Notes under the pieces: model-generated
What the model saw: the letters and a program-made list of their open reading frames with translations, nothing else
Databases searched by the model: none
Told to the model about the DNA's origin: nothing
Shown: one piece after another, positions 63,960-64,000 of the stretch
Layout of the letters: every line of letters begins with the position of its first letter
Numbering within the stretch: position 1 is the stretch's first letter
Translations under genes and position numbers: made by a program
NCBI RefSeq assembly: GCF_902459465.1
Contig: NC_047065.1
Span: forward strand, 20,460,001 to 20,524,000
DNA from: Asterias rubens
Lineage: Eukaryota
DNA: 64,000 nucleotides
Reading direction: 5' to 3'

Positions 63960-64000
63960 ATCTCACCGAGTAACACGCCTGTGATATTTTTTCACAGGAC
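63960..64000 (+). mobile_element. Family I fragment running off the window end
   Basis: tctcaccgagtaacacgcctgtgatatttttttcacaggac matches the family I body. Confidence 0.7.

Overview
AT-rich eukaryotic (animal) genomic DNA that looks intronic or intergenic. There are no operons, long ORFs, rRNA or CRISPR arrays. The repeat types suggest a marine invertebrate, possibly an echinoderm such as a sea star (inference only). The window is dominated by short non-autonomous mobile elements. These are: (1) at least six families of TTAA-flanked MITEs starting AG/AGG (Kolobok/T2-like; labelled A-F here, about 20 copies or fragments); (2) GGCC-ended Harbinger-like MITEs, several flanked by CWG or TAA triplets (family G); (3) CAGGCCTG-ended short elements (family H); (4) three tRNA-derived SINE-like families (I, J, K); and (5) hairpin-rich unclassified elements and mini/microsatellites. 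Coding signal is limited to a few candidate spliced exons on the minus strand: one with a SUMO-interacting-like motif at 6415-6595 and a probable terminal exon at 50901-51103. The most interesting signals lie in element architecture. Families A-D are built from two shared arm modules. One B copy has its TIR variants reciprocally swapped relative to the interior. There is a head-to-head A/B chimera and a chain of elements sharing TTAA sites. A tRNA-containing retroelement occurs as circularly permuted and inverted copies, with an octamer and a TATA-like stretch in its linker. Family labels are my own, and all alignments were done by eye.
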